Below, in pieces: positions 37,881 to 48,900 of a stretch of 64,000 bases of DNA; position 1 is the stretch's first letter; each line of letters begins with the position of its first letter. The translations under genes and the position numbers were made by a program. The notes under the pieces are model-generated. The model worked only from the letters and a program-made list of their open reading frames with translations, was not told the origin of the DNA and ran no database searches. This DNA comes from Octopus sinensis (taxonomy: Eukaryota). The DNA lies in the NCBI RefSeq assembly GCF_006345805.1, contig NC_043002.1, forward strand, positions 94,674,001 to 94,738,000. The letters are read 5' to 3'.

Positions 37881-37887
<7 letters not shown>
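37033..37887. repeat. Near-perfect inverted plus direct duplication
   Basis: 37033-37170 is the reverse complement of 37694-37830; 37171-37322 is a direct copy of 37736-37887. Confidence 0.9.
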
Positions 37888-37909
<22 letters not shown>

Positions 37910-37914
<5 letters not shown>

Positions 37915-38175
37915 ACAATTGCAGCGTGGAAGGTGTTTGTAAGCCATTCAAGAAACACACAAAAGCCGTTCGATCCACTTCAACATTTAAGTTTAATTTG
38001 TCAAAATATTTTCGTCGCTTTAAGACCACGCCCTGTTCACTAATAAAAACAGGTCGCGGTCTTATAGCGACGAAAATATTTTGACAAATTAAACTTAAAT
38101 GTTGAAGTGGATCGAACGGCTTTTGTGTGTTTCTTGAATGGCTTACAAACACCTCCCACGTTGCAATTGTTATCG
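37910..38175. repeat. About 260-bp near-perfect palindrome (two arms tail-to-tail)
   Basis: TTTGTAAGCCATTCAAGAAACACACAAAAGCCGTTCGATCCAC... is mirrored about 38042. Confidence 0.9.
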
Positions 38176-38702
38176 TTTCAGCACACGATCTCAGAGAGAA
38201 AGAGAGAGAGAGAGATGTAAATATATACATGTGTCTGTGCGCGTGTGTGTGTGTGCGCGCGAGTACGTCGCGTGTGTGGGGGGTGTAAATATAAGATCTA
38301 TTTTTAATCAGTTCAACATTTGTTCAGGTTCTATCTTTAAAAGTTACGTCCCTTTATTTGCGTGTTATTTCCCTTTAATATAAAATATTTATAGCTCTTG
38401 TAATTACATCAGATTTATTTTACCTCAGTATTCAGTCAAAATAACATATGTAATTTTCCTTAGAAAATAAAAATGCTACAAATCGTTTTCTTTTCCGTCT
38501 AATAATTATTGTTTTTATTTTTGTAGTAATTGATTTGAAGATGTTCAACAACGAAAAATTGTTGTCGTTTATACAAGGGAGGTTACTGTGTTTTGTATAT
38601 TCCGGATCAGGTTCTGAATGTTGAAATTACAGCCAAACGACTATGAAAGGTAGAAAAATGTGGTGCGTGCATGTACGTATATCTATTTAACAGGGGTTAC
38701 TG

Positions 38703-38783
<81 letters not shown>

Positions 38784-38811
38784 ACACACACACACAAACA
38801 CACATGCGTGC

Positions 38812-40173
38812 GTAAATACATACATACAAACATGCATACATACATTATGGCTGCCCCCTCGTTATCGAGTATGGCCATTGCACGAAGCTTAACTGTTACA
38901 TCGAATGTGACCTTTTAGCCCAGCTAAAGATCTACAATGTCTTGTACAAAATTGGCAACTAAGACCTTTACTGGTAATAACCGGCTGTAGTCGTATCTGG
39001 GCTTCATGTACCTTTGCATGTCGTTTAAGTCCTCCTGCCGTATTACACTCTCTTCCACATGCCCGACAGATATGATTAGTATGGTGTGTTACACCACCAC
39101 CAGTGGCCAGGTTGTCACTCATCTGTCTCGTTTTATGACTACGAAGATGACTCATGAGTCCAGCTTTACTGAGGCAGGGTCTTGCACAGACATTGCATGT
39201 CAGAATCAAAGGAAGACCCTTCCCTTCTGGAAGTGTAACAGCGATGCCCTTCCTGACATCCCTCCTTACTTTCTCATGTGCAACTCGAGATTTCTCAAAC
39301 ATGGCTGTCCCCTCATGCACACTCCTTCTCCACCTGCTACGATCAATAGCTATGCCTTCCCATGAGTCAGGAGAGATGCAAGCATCTCTTAAGGAAGCCT
39401 TCAGCAAGTCCTTATACCTCTTTTTTGGTTTATGTGGAGGTCGTTCTCCTTTAGCTAACTCTCCATAAAAGACTTGTTTTGGCATCCTTGAATCCCTCAT
39501 TCTGACCAGATGACCACTCCATCTGAACCTTTGCTTTAACACAAGGGCTTCGATATTTACACACCGAGAGCCTTCGAGTATTTCAAGATCACTGATGTGG
39601 TCCTTCCACTTAATGCTATAGATCCGTCTGAGGCACATCTGATGGAAACGTTCCAGATGTTTAAGGTGGTATCGATATGTGACCCACGTCTCGCAGGCAT
39701 AGAAAAGGGAAGGGAGCACACATGCCTTGTACACCTTTATCTTTGTCTTTCTGCATATGTCTCGCCGACTCCAGAGGCGCTTTTCTAGCCTTCCGAAAGC
39801 AACACTTGCTTTCCTAATTCTATATGGAACTTCATCATCCACATTGCCATATCTATTAATAGTGCTTCCCAGGTAAACAAACTGATCGACTACATCAAGT
39901 CGTTTACCATTCACATAGATATTTGGTACACTATACTGCTTACCAGGGGCAGGTTGATGCATGACAACAGTTTTCTTGAGATTGATTGTCAATCCTAAGG
40001 CAGTGCAAGCATCAGAGAATGCATTCAAAATGTGTTGCATATCAATCTCTGTGTGTGCTACTAGCTCACAATCATCAGCATACAAAAGGTCTCTTATGAT
40101 AGAGGTAAATATCTTTGTTTTTGCAGCAAGGCGCCTGATATTAAATATGCTGCCAGAGGTTCGATAATGGACG
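38812..40173 (-). mobile_element. 5'-truncated RTE-clade LINE, young
   Basis: Uninterrupted ORF, short 3' UTR GGCCATACTCGATAACGAGGGGGCAGCC and a (TGTA)n tail. Confidence 0.93.
38889..40173 (-). CDS. RTE reverse transcriptase C-terminal half with three zinc fingers (5'-truncated; the upstream (TGTA)n-encoded part of the tracked ORF is spurious)
   Basis: [47 protein letters not shown]; C-terminal CNVC..SHLRSH, CRAC..RHAKVH and CQFC..GHIRC. Confidence 0.9.
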
Positions 40174-40176
40174 TAA

Positions 40177-40240
40177 ACATACATACATACATACATACAT
40201 ACATACATACATACATACATACATACATACATACATACAT
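40177..40240. repeat. (TACA)n microsatellite at the RTE 5' junction
   Basis: Read directly. Confidence 0.95.
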
Positions 40241-40249
40241 AGCAAAACC

Positions 40250-41655
40250 CGCAAAACCCTGACAACAACCGGGAACTTCCACAAACAGTGATGTTTATGT
40301 TTATCTGACAGGCTCTACATAATAAGAAACGAAGGTAGTAGAAGCCTGAGATCAGTGCAGACGGCCTTCAAATGCCGTATGATCACTCAGGCAGCACCTC
40401 CTAAACAACAGCAGCAAAACTAGATATATAGATGCTGTGCTGAAAAGTGAAGTGAGCAACATTGTACAAGTTGGTAGTTAGCTCGTTATGAAGCACTCTA
40501 TTCCTGATGATCTATACAGCCCCAAAACAGCTGGGCTCTCTTACCTCAGAGAAGACCTTGATGTAAAGCACTCCGCATGCAAAGGAAGACTATGCATGGG
40601 TATGTTGCCTGGAAGCTTGAAGACAGTAGAATTGTCGTGAAGTGCAGCCTCTCTTGGACACAAGACCACCACATCACATCAGAGTTATACATTTGCAATC
40701 CAGGAACAGGAGATTACGATAAAGTACCTGGTGAACGAGAGACAGTGACGTTCTTGTAATCCCAAGGTGCAACCACATATGTAGGCTATGTCATGTTTCT
40801 GTGGAAGACGTCATGCATGTGATTAGCAGCTGTCCTAAAATGTCGTCATGGTACTACTTCCTATGCGGCATGATGTCGATGCTAAAAGAATTTACAATGC
40901 CATCCACAAAAAAGATTGTCCGAAATAAACTTAGAAAATCCTTCTATTATGGAATACATTCAAAAACACCAACTCAAGGAATACTGGTGGAACATTCCCA
41001 TCAAAACTTCTGTCAAATGTAAACAAAACAGGCCGGATATTGTTGTTTTGGACAGAGAGGCAAAGGTATGTACCATCATAGAGGCCAGCTGCCCCGCAGG
41101 TATAAATATCTCTTTGAAAATCAAAGAAAAAGGGGATATCTATGGACAACAGCTTCGAAACCTTCAGCTTCAATATCCAGACTATGAAATCATATTCATA
41201 CCAATAATAATTGAAGCACTAGGTTCTATTAGTAAATGCTTAAAGGAGAATATGGATAAACTGAGATTTTCAGAAAGATAAATCGACCAGCTAATTTGTA
41301 CATTACAAGTGCAATATGTGAGTGGAACAGTAAAAATATGCAAGACTTCTCAAGTTCCAAATGTGAATTTGTCTGTGTTAGCTACATCCCAAAGATGGAG
41401 CCTTGTATCTTTGGTGGAGACTGGGTCCCTCCTCAGTGGAAGATTTATAGCAATCAAAAAATAGAAGAGACGTGTATGCATACATGAAATAGTGGCCCAC
41501 AACAGTGCCAGTACTCATATCAACATTTGAGCTGCTTGATTGGACACTTGATGAGATCTGAGCCATTGATATGAAGACCTAAAAAATACTAACAAGCACA
41601 AATAATTTCCACATAAACAGTGATGTAGACCACCTCTACCTAAAACAAAAACAGA
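40250..41655 (+). mobile_element. Decayed R4/Dong-like fragments (RLE domain and thumb)
   Basis: HVISSCP, WNIPIKT, RPDIVVLDRE..IIEASCP, IPIIIEALG; a second piece reads LLDWTLDEI..FHINSDVDHLYL. Confidence 0.75.
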
Positions 41656-41836
41656 AAGCCGCACGAGGCGGAGCGATAACAGGTCTGTGATGCCCTTAGA
41701 TGTTGGGGGTATCAACGAGCGCATTTTCCCTGGCCTGAAAGGGTTGGGAAACCTCTGAATCATCTCCCGTGATAGGGATCGGATCCGTGAACGAGGAATT
41801 CCCGGTAGGCGCGGGTCATCAGCCCACGTCGATCGT

Positions 41837-41871
<35 letters not shown>

Positions 41872-41880
41872 GCCGATGAA
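41656..41880 (+). pseudogene. Isolated 18S rRNA 3'-region fragment (about 220 bp, internally deleted)
   Basis: Universal SSU motifs ATAACAGGTCTGTGATGCCCTTAGATGT, GAACGAGGAATTCCC and GTCCCTGCCCTTTGTACACACCGCCCGTCGCTACT. The normally conserved CCGCACGCGCGCTACACT block after TTAGATGT is missing. Confidence 0.93.
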
Positions 41881-42340
41881 GCCAGCATTGAAGCCACAAC
41901 CGCTACACGACATGTGTTCAACCGGCATCTGCCTTGTGACCACCAATCTCTTTGTTACTATTTCTATAACTATTGCGTTTCTTACTACGAACTGGTATTT
42001 ACCTTCATCTTGTGTCTGATCTATTTCTAGCGTACTGATAGACTCATTTCTATGTTCTGTATTTTATCTCACACGCATACACCTTTGCTAGCACACTTAC
42101 ACATATTTGTATGACTGACTGCCTGTCTTATTATGTACACACTTAAAGCGCACACACGTACACAGACACTCTGCTATCCACATGTCAACACCTGAATAAA
42201 ACCTTCCTCTTACATTATACGATTGTGTCGTCTTCCTTATTCCCTTTGGCACTTATTTTGGCTTTATTGTAAGGCGACCGTGCGATGTTTAAAAGGAGAC
42301 ATTCATTCGTCACCATCTCCTTTCGTTCGGTCGTTCTACA
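41880..42340 (+). mobile_element. 3' half of the LTR-like element (family of 33115-34424)
   Basis: Colinear similarity to 33965-34424, AATAAA near 42196, and a shared terminal hairpin ending CTACA. Confidence 0.7.
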
Positions 42341-42439
42341 CTTCTAACCAACTGCTTGAATCAAGAATAAGTTCTTAATGAAGATTTCAACTGCCTATGA
42401 AACCTTTCTATCCTGCCGTTAGATTGTGGGTGATATGAA

Positions 42440-44060
42440 GTTGTACGAATTCTATTAATCCCCAACAATTTATTGAATTCTGCGAACAGGCTAGACTCAA
42501 ATTGTCAACCACGATCTGTTGTCACTGTGTTGGGTATGCCGAATCTAGACATCCAATTGGTAAATAAGGTTTTTGCTATAGTTACTGCAGATATGTCTTT
42601 GATCGGATAAGCTTCTGGCCATCGCGAGAAACGATCTATACATGTCAACAAATAAATGTTATCTTCACATGGAGTTAAGGGTCCAACTATATCGATGTGG
42701 ATTTGTTGGAATCTCGCGTCTGGATCTGCAAATGTACCTAGCGGTGCTTTGATATGACGATGTACTTTTGATTTTTGACACTGCATACATGACTTGACCC
42801 AGGAACGAATATCTTTATTCATACCAGGCCAAACAAATCGACTTGATATTAATTTCAATGAAGCTCCAATACCAGGATGAGATAAATTATGTAAGGCAGA
42901 AAAAACAACTTTCCTATGCTTTTCAGGCACAAATGGTCTCGAAAAACCTGCAGAAATATCACACCAAATATGTGATTGACACGAATGGATCGGCAACAAT
43001 TTAAATTTTAAAGAAGTTGAACTAGAATTTTTATATAAAGAAAGTTCTTTATCCGCAACTTAATCCTTAGACATTTCTTCCAAATTTATAGTGTTTAATG
43101 AATTTGATGCATCTACATTCATTCTAGAAAGTGCAGCAGCAGCAGAATTTTCAACACCCTTGATACACCGTATATCCACAGTAAATTGTGAAATAAAATC
43201 AAGGTGTCTAATTTCTCTAGGAGAACATTTCTCCGAAGAACTTTTTAATGCATATGTTAACGGTTTATGGTCAGTAAATAAAGTAAATGACCTATCTTTA
43301 AGAAGATGTCTGAAGTCTTTAATTGACAAATAAGCTGCCAACAGTTCTCTGCCGAAAACGCTGTATTTCGTTTCTGGTGCCTTGAATGTTTTGAAAAAGA
43401 AAAATAATGGTTGCCAAGAACCACAATGTAATTGTTGTAAAACCCCACCGAGTCCAACATCGGAAGCATCAACTACCAACGATAATTTTGCTACAGGAAC
43501 CGGATGGTTTAAGAGTGTTGCTTCACACAGCTTATCTTTTATGTTTTTAAAAGCTTGTAATTCTTCTTTTAAAGTTATCGATTCATTTTTCTTCCTTCTA
43601 TTCTTCAATAGCTCAGTTAAGGGATATAGGGTTTCAGTGACCTTAAGAATAAACTTTCTGTAAAAATTAACTATCCCTAAAAATTCTCTGAGCTTTCTTA
43701 AAGTTTTTGGTACAGAAAATTTTTTAATAGCTTCAACTTTCTCTGGCAATGGTCGAATTCCATCTTTCTCAATAAGATGACCCAGAAAAGATATAGTGGG
43801 TTCACCAAAAACACACTTCGATGGATTTATCACAATGCCATATTTCGTCAATCTCTCGAAAATTTGTTTTAAATGGTCTTCATGTGCTTCTTCTGATGAA
43901 CTAGCAATGAGAATATCATCGATATAGGCAAATACGAAAGGTAAATTTCTTGTTACTTCGTCCATAAATTTTTGAAAGGTATTTGCTGCGTTCCTCAATC
44001 CGAAAGGCATGCGAAGGAATTCAAATAACCCAAATGGAGTGGTAATTGCTGTTTTCCTTT
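42440..44060 (-). pseudogene. Ty3/Gypsy pol fragment (RT-RNaseH-integrase), no LTRs recognised
   Basis: [53 protein letters not shown] and TTDRG. Confidence 0.92.
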
Positions 44061-44607
44061 ACTTGACAATTTATGCACCACACTGCAGAAATTACAATAT
44101 AAGTATATCTCAAAGCAAACTCTTACACTGAATTACAAATAATGCTCATCTAGTATCCTCGGGTGACTCTACAGCTTCCAAGACTACAGTTGTATTTGTC
44201 TTGGCTTAGGAAAAATGACTAAATTGTGGGAGTTAAGCCCCCATTATGGGTCTTACTAACCTCCTAAGAAGTTGAAATTTTCGGAATATTACTTCATGTC
44301 TAATATCTATGGTTAAAATTTCATCAACAACAAAAATATATGAATTTTCATGGGAGTTATGGCCTCATTTATGTCCCCTCACTTTCAAGCATATACTGCA
44401 TCTATTATATAATAGATAAACATGTACATCTTCTAGAATATTGTCATTTTATAAGATTTTGCTGGAAAATGCCTAAATGAACATAAACATTTATTTACAT
44501 GAAAGAAAATTTGCGGAAAACCTTCTTCTAATTCTTCCAAATCTTTCTGCTAAAACTGTATTGAAATCATTTGTGGGGAAGAAAGAAAAACAAAGAAATG
44601 CAGTACC

Positions 44608-44845
44608 TGTTATATAATCATCACAACAAACATGAACAATCAACGTCGCCCATTGTCTCCCTTGATAAAAGGACTTTCACTTTGTTTCCCGCCAAAACAA
44701 TTAACTTGTACAACAACGGCAGTCGAATAAAGTATCTTGTATCGTTAACACCTTGTTTCAGTCTCTCTCATTTTCTTAATCTTTCGTACTAAGTACTCAC
44801 TACTTCCTTTAATACTCAATACATTATATATATATAACAACAACA
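44608..44845 (+). repeat. 5' LTR
   Basis: TGTTATATAATC...ACAACAACA with internal AATAAA. Confidence 0.97.
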
Positions 44846-44856
44846 TGGTGTCAGAA
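44846..44856 (+). promoter_or_regulatory. Primer-binding site TGGTGTCAGAA (complementary to a tRNA-Leu 3' end)
   Basis: Immediately follows the 5' LTR; tRNA-Leu assignment from recalled tRNA-Leu(CAA) 3' end TTCTGACACCA. Confidence 0.8.
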
Positions 44857-44923
44857 TACTAAAAGAACCCAAAATACAGAAACCAAAGGAAAAAAGAAGT
44901 TGAAATCATACTTCAAAGACGAA

Positions 44924-47900
44924 ATGGAAAATTTACCGCATCCAAAAGACCTAGACTTTAATCAGGAAAATCTAGCCGCAGCATGGAAAAAGTGGAAAAA
45001 AGAATTCAATCTCTTTTTGATAGCAACAGAAAGTGACATGAAGCCAGACAAAGTAAAAACTTCAATGTTTTTAACTTGCATCGGTTCTAAAGGCCGAGAT
45101 ATCCATTCCACACTGGATTTCGATTCACCCGACGAAGAAATGAACCTTCAGACAGTAATCGAAAAATTCGATGCATATTGTGAACCCAGGAAAAACATAA
45201 CTTTCCTAAGACACAAATTCTTCACATGTGGACAAGCGGAACATCAAAAATTCGATGAGTACGTAGTAGAGTTGCGCCAAAAGGCACAACAGTGCGAATT
45301 CGGCAACCTCACAGACAGTCTCACCAAAGATATTCTGATATGTGGAATCAGAGACATGAGATTAAGAGAAAGATTATTGAGAGAACCAAATTTAGACCTA
45401 CAAAAAACAATTCAAGCAGGTCAGAGTGCAGAGCAAACACGACTCCAATCAAGGATGCTAAATGCCACATCCGAAACAAGAGATAACGAAATCTCGAGGG
45501 TATATAGTCAACACGACAGAAAAGGCGCCAAAACTCAAATAACCCGCCATATGCAATCCAGACATCAAAACGAACAAGGCGGAAGTGACAGAAAGCCCGC
45601 GAAGTTTCAAGCGCCAAGTCAACACTACGTCACTAACTGTCACTATTGTGGTTATAATCACAAAAGAAATAAATGCCCAGCATTTCACAAGACATGTGAA
45701 AAATGCAAGAAACAAGGACACTATGCAAAAATGTGCAAATCAAGAAAATTTGTACATAAAGTAGAGATACATACCGACGATGAATCAGATGACGATACAC
45801 ATGCACTCGAAATGATCACTGCAAATAATTCCCGCGTGCACAAAATCGAAAAGTTCAAGACTCCAAAAGACATTTGGACGGTCGAACTAAAAGTGAACAA
45901 CTCGAATGTAACATTCAAAATAGATACAGGAGCAGACGTAACCGTACTGCCATTCAGAGAATATAGAAATATAATTCCAAAACCACAACTGCAAAAAACC
46001 TCAACTCGATTATCAGCTTACAATAACACAGCTATAAAAGTGCTAGGAAAATGCACAGCAGTCATTAAATACAAAGAATTATCAAAGCAAATAAAATTCA
46101 TTGTTGCAAAAACAAACTCGCACGCAGTTATAGATGCAAAGACAGCTAAAGATCTGAACCTAATTCAGAGAATTTCAAAAATAAATTCGTCGAACACAAA
46201 CGACATATTAGAAAAATATGAAGACTGTTTCGGAGAAATCGGCACTTTGTCAATAACACATCATATCACAGTGGATCCACAAATAACTCCTGTAATTCAT
46301 CCACCAAGATCGGTTCCTTTTTCTATAAAAGAAAAACTCAACAAAGAATTAAAAAGAATGACAGAATTAGATATCATAAAACCTGTTAGTGAACCTACAG
46401 ACTGGGTAAATTCCCTAGTCATCGTTGAAAAAGCCAACGGAAAACTCCGACTCTGTTTAGACCCCAAGAATCTAAACAAAGCCATAAAAAGGCAACATTT
46501 CAAACTCCCTACAGCGGAGGACATTTTTGCACAAATGCATAACCCTAAATATTTTTCAAAACTCGATGCATCTAATGGATACTGGCAAATTCCAGTTGAC
46601 GAAGAAAGCTCCCATCTTTTAACGTTCAACACACCTTTTGGAAGGTATCGCTTCACACGACTACCCTTTGGAATTCACAGCGCCAGTGAAGTTTTCCAAA
46701 AAGAAATTTCAAAAATAATAGAGGGCATAGAAGGAGCAAGAAATTCACAGGATGACATCATAATCTGGTCCAACACTTTAGAAGAACACACAAATAGACT
46801 ACAACAAGTTTTCGATCGAATCCGAAAGCACGGATTAAAGTTAAATAAATCAAAGTGTATCTTCTATGAATCACAAATCAAGTACCTTGGGCATATATTA
46901 ACCAGCGAAGGGATAAAACAAGATCCAACCAAGGTACAAGCAATCATTCACATGCCACTGCCAACAAGTAAAAAAGAATTACAAAGATTCCTAGGTATGA
47001 CAAATTACCTATGTAAATTTTTATCTAATTACTCCGAAGTCACAGCACCATTGCGCCAGCTTCTACAGAGTGACACGTTATGGTCATTCGACAAACCACA
47101 AATCGAAGCAATAAAAAAGCTAAAAGAAATGATTACCAGAAAACCAGTGCTACAATTTTATGATCCAGATCTACCAATAAAAATAACTACAGATGCTAGT
47201 AAGCATGGGCTCGGAGCGATACTTGAGCAGAAACACAACGAAAGATGGCTACCTGTTTCGTTTGCATCTCGTGCAACAACTCAAGCGGAACAAAACTACT
47301 GTCCGATAGAGAGCGAAGCTCTCAGTATAGTTTTCGCATGCAAGAAATTTCATCAGTTTATATACGGAACTCATTTCAGAATCGAAAATGACCATAAACC
47401 GTTGAAGCAAATATTCAAAAAATCGATCACTAAATGCCCCCCCAGAATCCAAAGATTTCTACTAACATTACAAAGATATGATTTTGACCTAAACCACATA
47501 CCTGGTAAAGAATCAATTGTTGCAGATACCCTATCACGTGCATACCTTGAGCAAAATACTCCAGAAGTACCAGACGAAGATATGAAATCGCACATTCATG
47601 CAGTAATAAAAAATTACCCCATAACCGACACTAAATTAAAAGAGTATAAAGAAGCCACTGCAGACGACCCGTCTCTACAGACACTCGTCACATATACAAG
47701 AACAGAATGGCCCCCAAAAGACAAAATACCAATAAACATCAAACCATTCGTATCCGTTCGTGATGAAATATCAATCGTCAATGGTCTCGTTCTAAAAGGT
47801 TCAAGAATAATTGTACCTAAGTCATTACGTAGAGAAGCTCTACAGGAAATACATACCGGACACATGGGTATCGAAAAATGCATAGAGAGAGCGAAGGAAT

Positions 47901-48868
47901 GTATATACTGGCCCGGCATTAACGCTCAAATCAAAGACATGATTAACACATGCTCATACTGCATTGACTACAAAAATCAACAAGCAGCCGAACCACTAAT
48001 AAATCATGAAATACCTACTACACCATGGACCAAAGTGGGTACAGACGTATTTCACCTGTCTGGAAATTCGTATGTCACAATTATTGACTATACAACAAGA
48101 TTTTTTGATCTACACGAAATAAATGATTGCCAGTCAAAAACCGTAATCAAAAAATTAAAAGAAACTTTTGCTAAATTCGGAATTCCGCAAACAGTTGTAA
48201 GTGACAACGGTCCAGAATTCAATTCGGCTGAATTCAAAAAATTTGCAAAAAATTGGCATTTTCATCACACGAAGACAAGCCCGCATTATCATCAAGCGAA
48301 TGGCATGGTTGAGAGAAATATACAGACAATAAAAAAGACGCTAAAAAAGGCATTCAAAAGTGACGAAGAACCTCAGTTAGCGCTCTTAGCATTACGCACG
48401 ACTAAATTACAAAATGGTGCACCATCCCCTGCAAATCAAATAATGAATAGAACATTGCGAACAAATCTCCCAAACATATTACACGACAAAATTGGTATCA
48501 GGCCTCACGAAAAGAAGAAATCAAACATTACAACAGAACTCCCAGAGTTAAAACCACACGACACGGTTAGAATTAAGTTTAACAACAATTGGTTTAGAAG
48601 GGGCAAAATAATTAAAAAACTAGAGCAACCTCGTTCATACTTAGTAATAACAGAGGAAGGAAATACAGTCAAACGAAATAGACAACATATTCTTAAAACA
48701 AACGAACACGTTCGCATAAAAGAAGAATTAGATTATGAAAATATATTTCCAAAGTCAACAAACACGCATGAAAAAACAAAAACAGCACAACTACAGAATT
48801 CAACACTACAAAATAATAAAACCACAAAAAGTGGACGACGAATAATTATTCCCTGTAGATACAGATGA
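44924..48868 (+). CDS. Gag-Pol polyprotein (gag with two Cys/His knuckles, protease, RT, RNase H, integrase)
   Basis: Open frame from ATG 44924; CHYCGYNH..C, CEKCKKQGHYAKMC, IDTGAD, LDASNGYWQ, LPFG, SQDD, TDAS, ENDHKPL, HTGH..C..C, GTD, SDNGPEF and MVERN. Confidence 0.97.
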   Translation: MENLPHPKDLDFNQENLAAAWKKWKKEFNLFLIATESDMKPDKVKTSMFLTCIGSKGRDIHSTLDFDSPDEEMNLQTVIEKFDAYCEPRKNITFLRHKFFTCGQAEHQKFDEYVVELRQKAQQCEFGNLTDSLTKDILICGIRDMRLRERLLREPNLDLQKTIQAGQSAEQTRLQSRMLNATSETRDNEISRVYSQHDRKGAKTQITRHMQSRHQNEQGGSDRKPAKFQAPSQHYVTNCHYCGYNHKRNKCPAFHKTCEKCKKQGHYAKMCKSRKFVHKVEIHTDDESDDDTHALEMITANNSRVHKIEKFKTPKDIWTVELKVNNSNVTFKIDTGADVTVLPFREYRNIIPKPQLQKTSTRLSAYNNTAIKVLGKCTAVIKYKELSKQIKFIVAKTNSHAVIDAKTAKDLNLIQRISKINSSNTNDILEKYEDCFGEIGTLSITHHITVDPQITPVIHPPRSVPFSIKEKLNKELKRMTELDIIKPVSEPTDWVNSLVIVEKANGKLRLCLDPKNLNKAIKRQHFKLPTAEDIFAQMHNPKYFSKLDASNGYWQIPVDEESSHLLTFNTPFGRYRFTRLPFGIHSASEVFQKEISKIIEGIEGARNSQDDIIIWSNTLEEHTNRLQQVFDRIRKHGLKLNKSKCIFYESQIKYLGHILTSEGIKQDPTKVQAIIHMPLPTSKKELQRFLGMTNYLCKFLSNYSEVTAPLRQLLQSDTLWSFDKPQIEAIKKLKEMITRKPVLQFYDPDLPIKITTDASKHGLGAILEQKHNERWLPVSFASRATTQAEQNYCPIESEALSIVFACKKFHQFIYGTHFRIENDHKPLKQIFKKSITKCPPRIQRFLLTLQRYDFDLNHIPGKESIVADTLSRAYLEQNTPEVPDEDMKSHIHAVIKNYPITDTKLKEYKEATADDPSLQTLVTYTRTEWPPKDKIPINIKPFVSVRDEISIVNGLVLKGSRIIVPKSLRREALQEIHTGHMGIEKCIERAKECIYWPGINAQIKDMINTCSYCIDYKNQQAAEPLINHEIPTTPWTKVGTDVFHLSGNSYVTIIDYTTRFFDLHEINDCQSKTVIKKLKETFAKFGIPQTVVSDNGPEFNSAEFKKFAKNWHFHHTKTSPHYHQANGMVERNIQTIKKTLKKAFKSDEEPQLALLALRTTKLQNGAPSPANQIMNRTLRTNLPNILHDKIGIRPHEKKKSNITTELPELKPHDTVRIKFNNNWFRRGKIIKKLEQPRSYLVITEEGNTVKRNRQHILKTNEHVRIKEELDYENIFPKSTNTHEKTKTAQLQNSTLQNNKTTKSGRRIIIPCRYR

Positions 48869-48877
48869 CATAAATAA

Positions 48878-48900
48878 AAAAAAAAAAAAAAAAAGGAAGA
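48878..48900 (+). promoter_or_regulatory. Polypurine tract
   Basis: A-run plus GGAAGA directly before the 3' LTR. Confidence 0.8.

Noticed and set aside
38595-38650. Candidate minus-strand micro-exon after TTTTCTACCTTTCATAG
   Set aside because: Weak donor and unrecognisable peptide.
41656-41880. Functional rDNA unit
   Set aside because: Only about 220 bp, with deletions in conserved helices and no ITS, 5.8S or 28S; recorded as a pseudogene.
41880-44060. LTR-like piece at 41880-42340 as the LTR of the neighbouring Gypsy pol fragment
   Set aside because: Orientation is opposite (LTR plus, pol minus) and no PPT or PBS links them.
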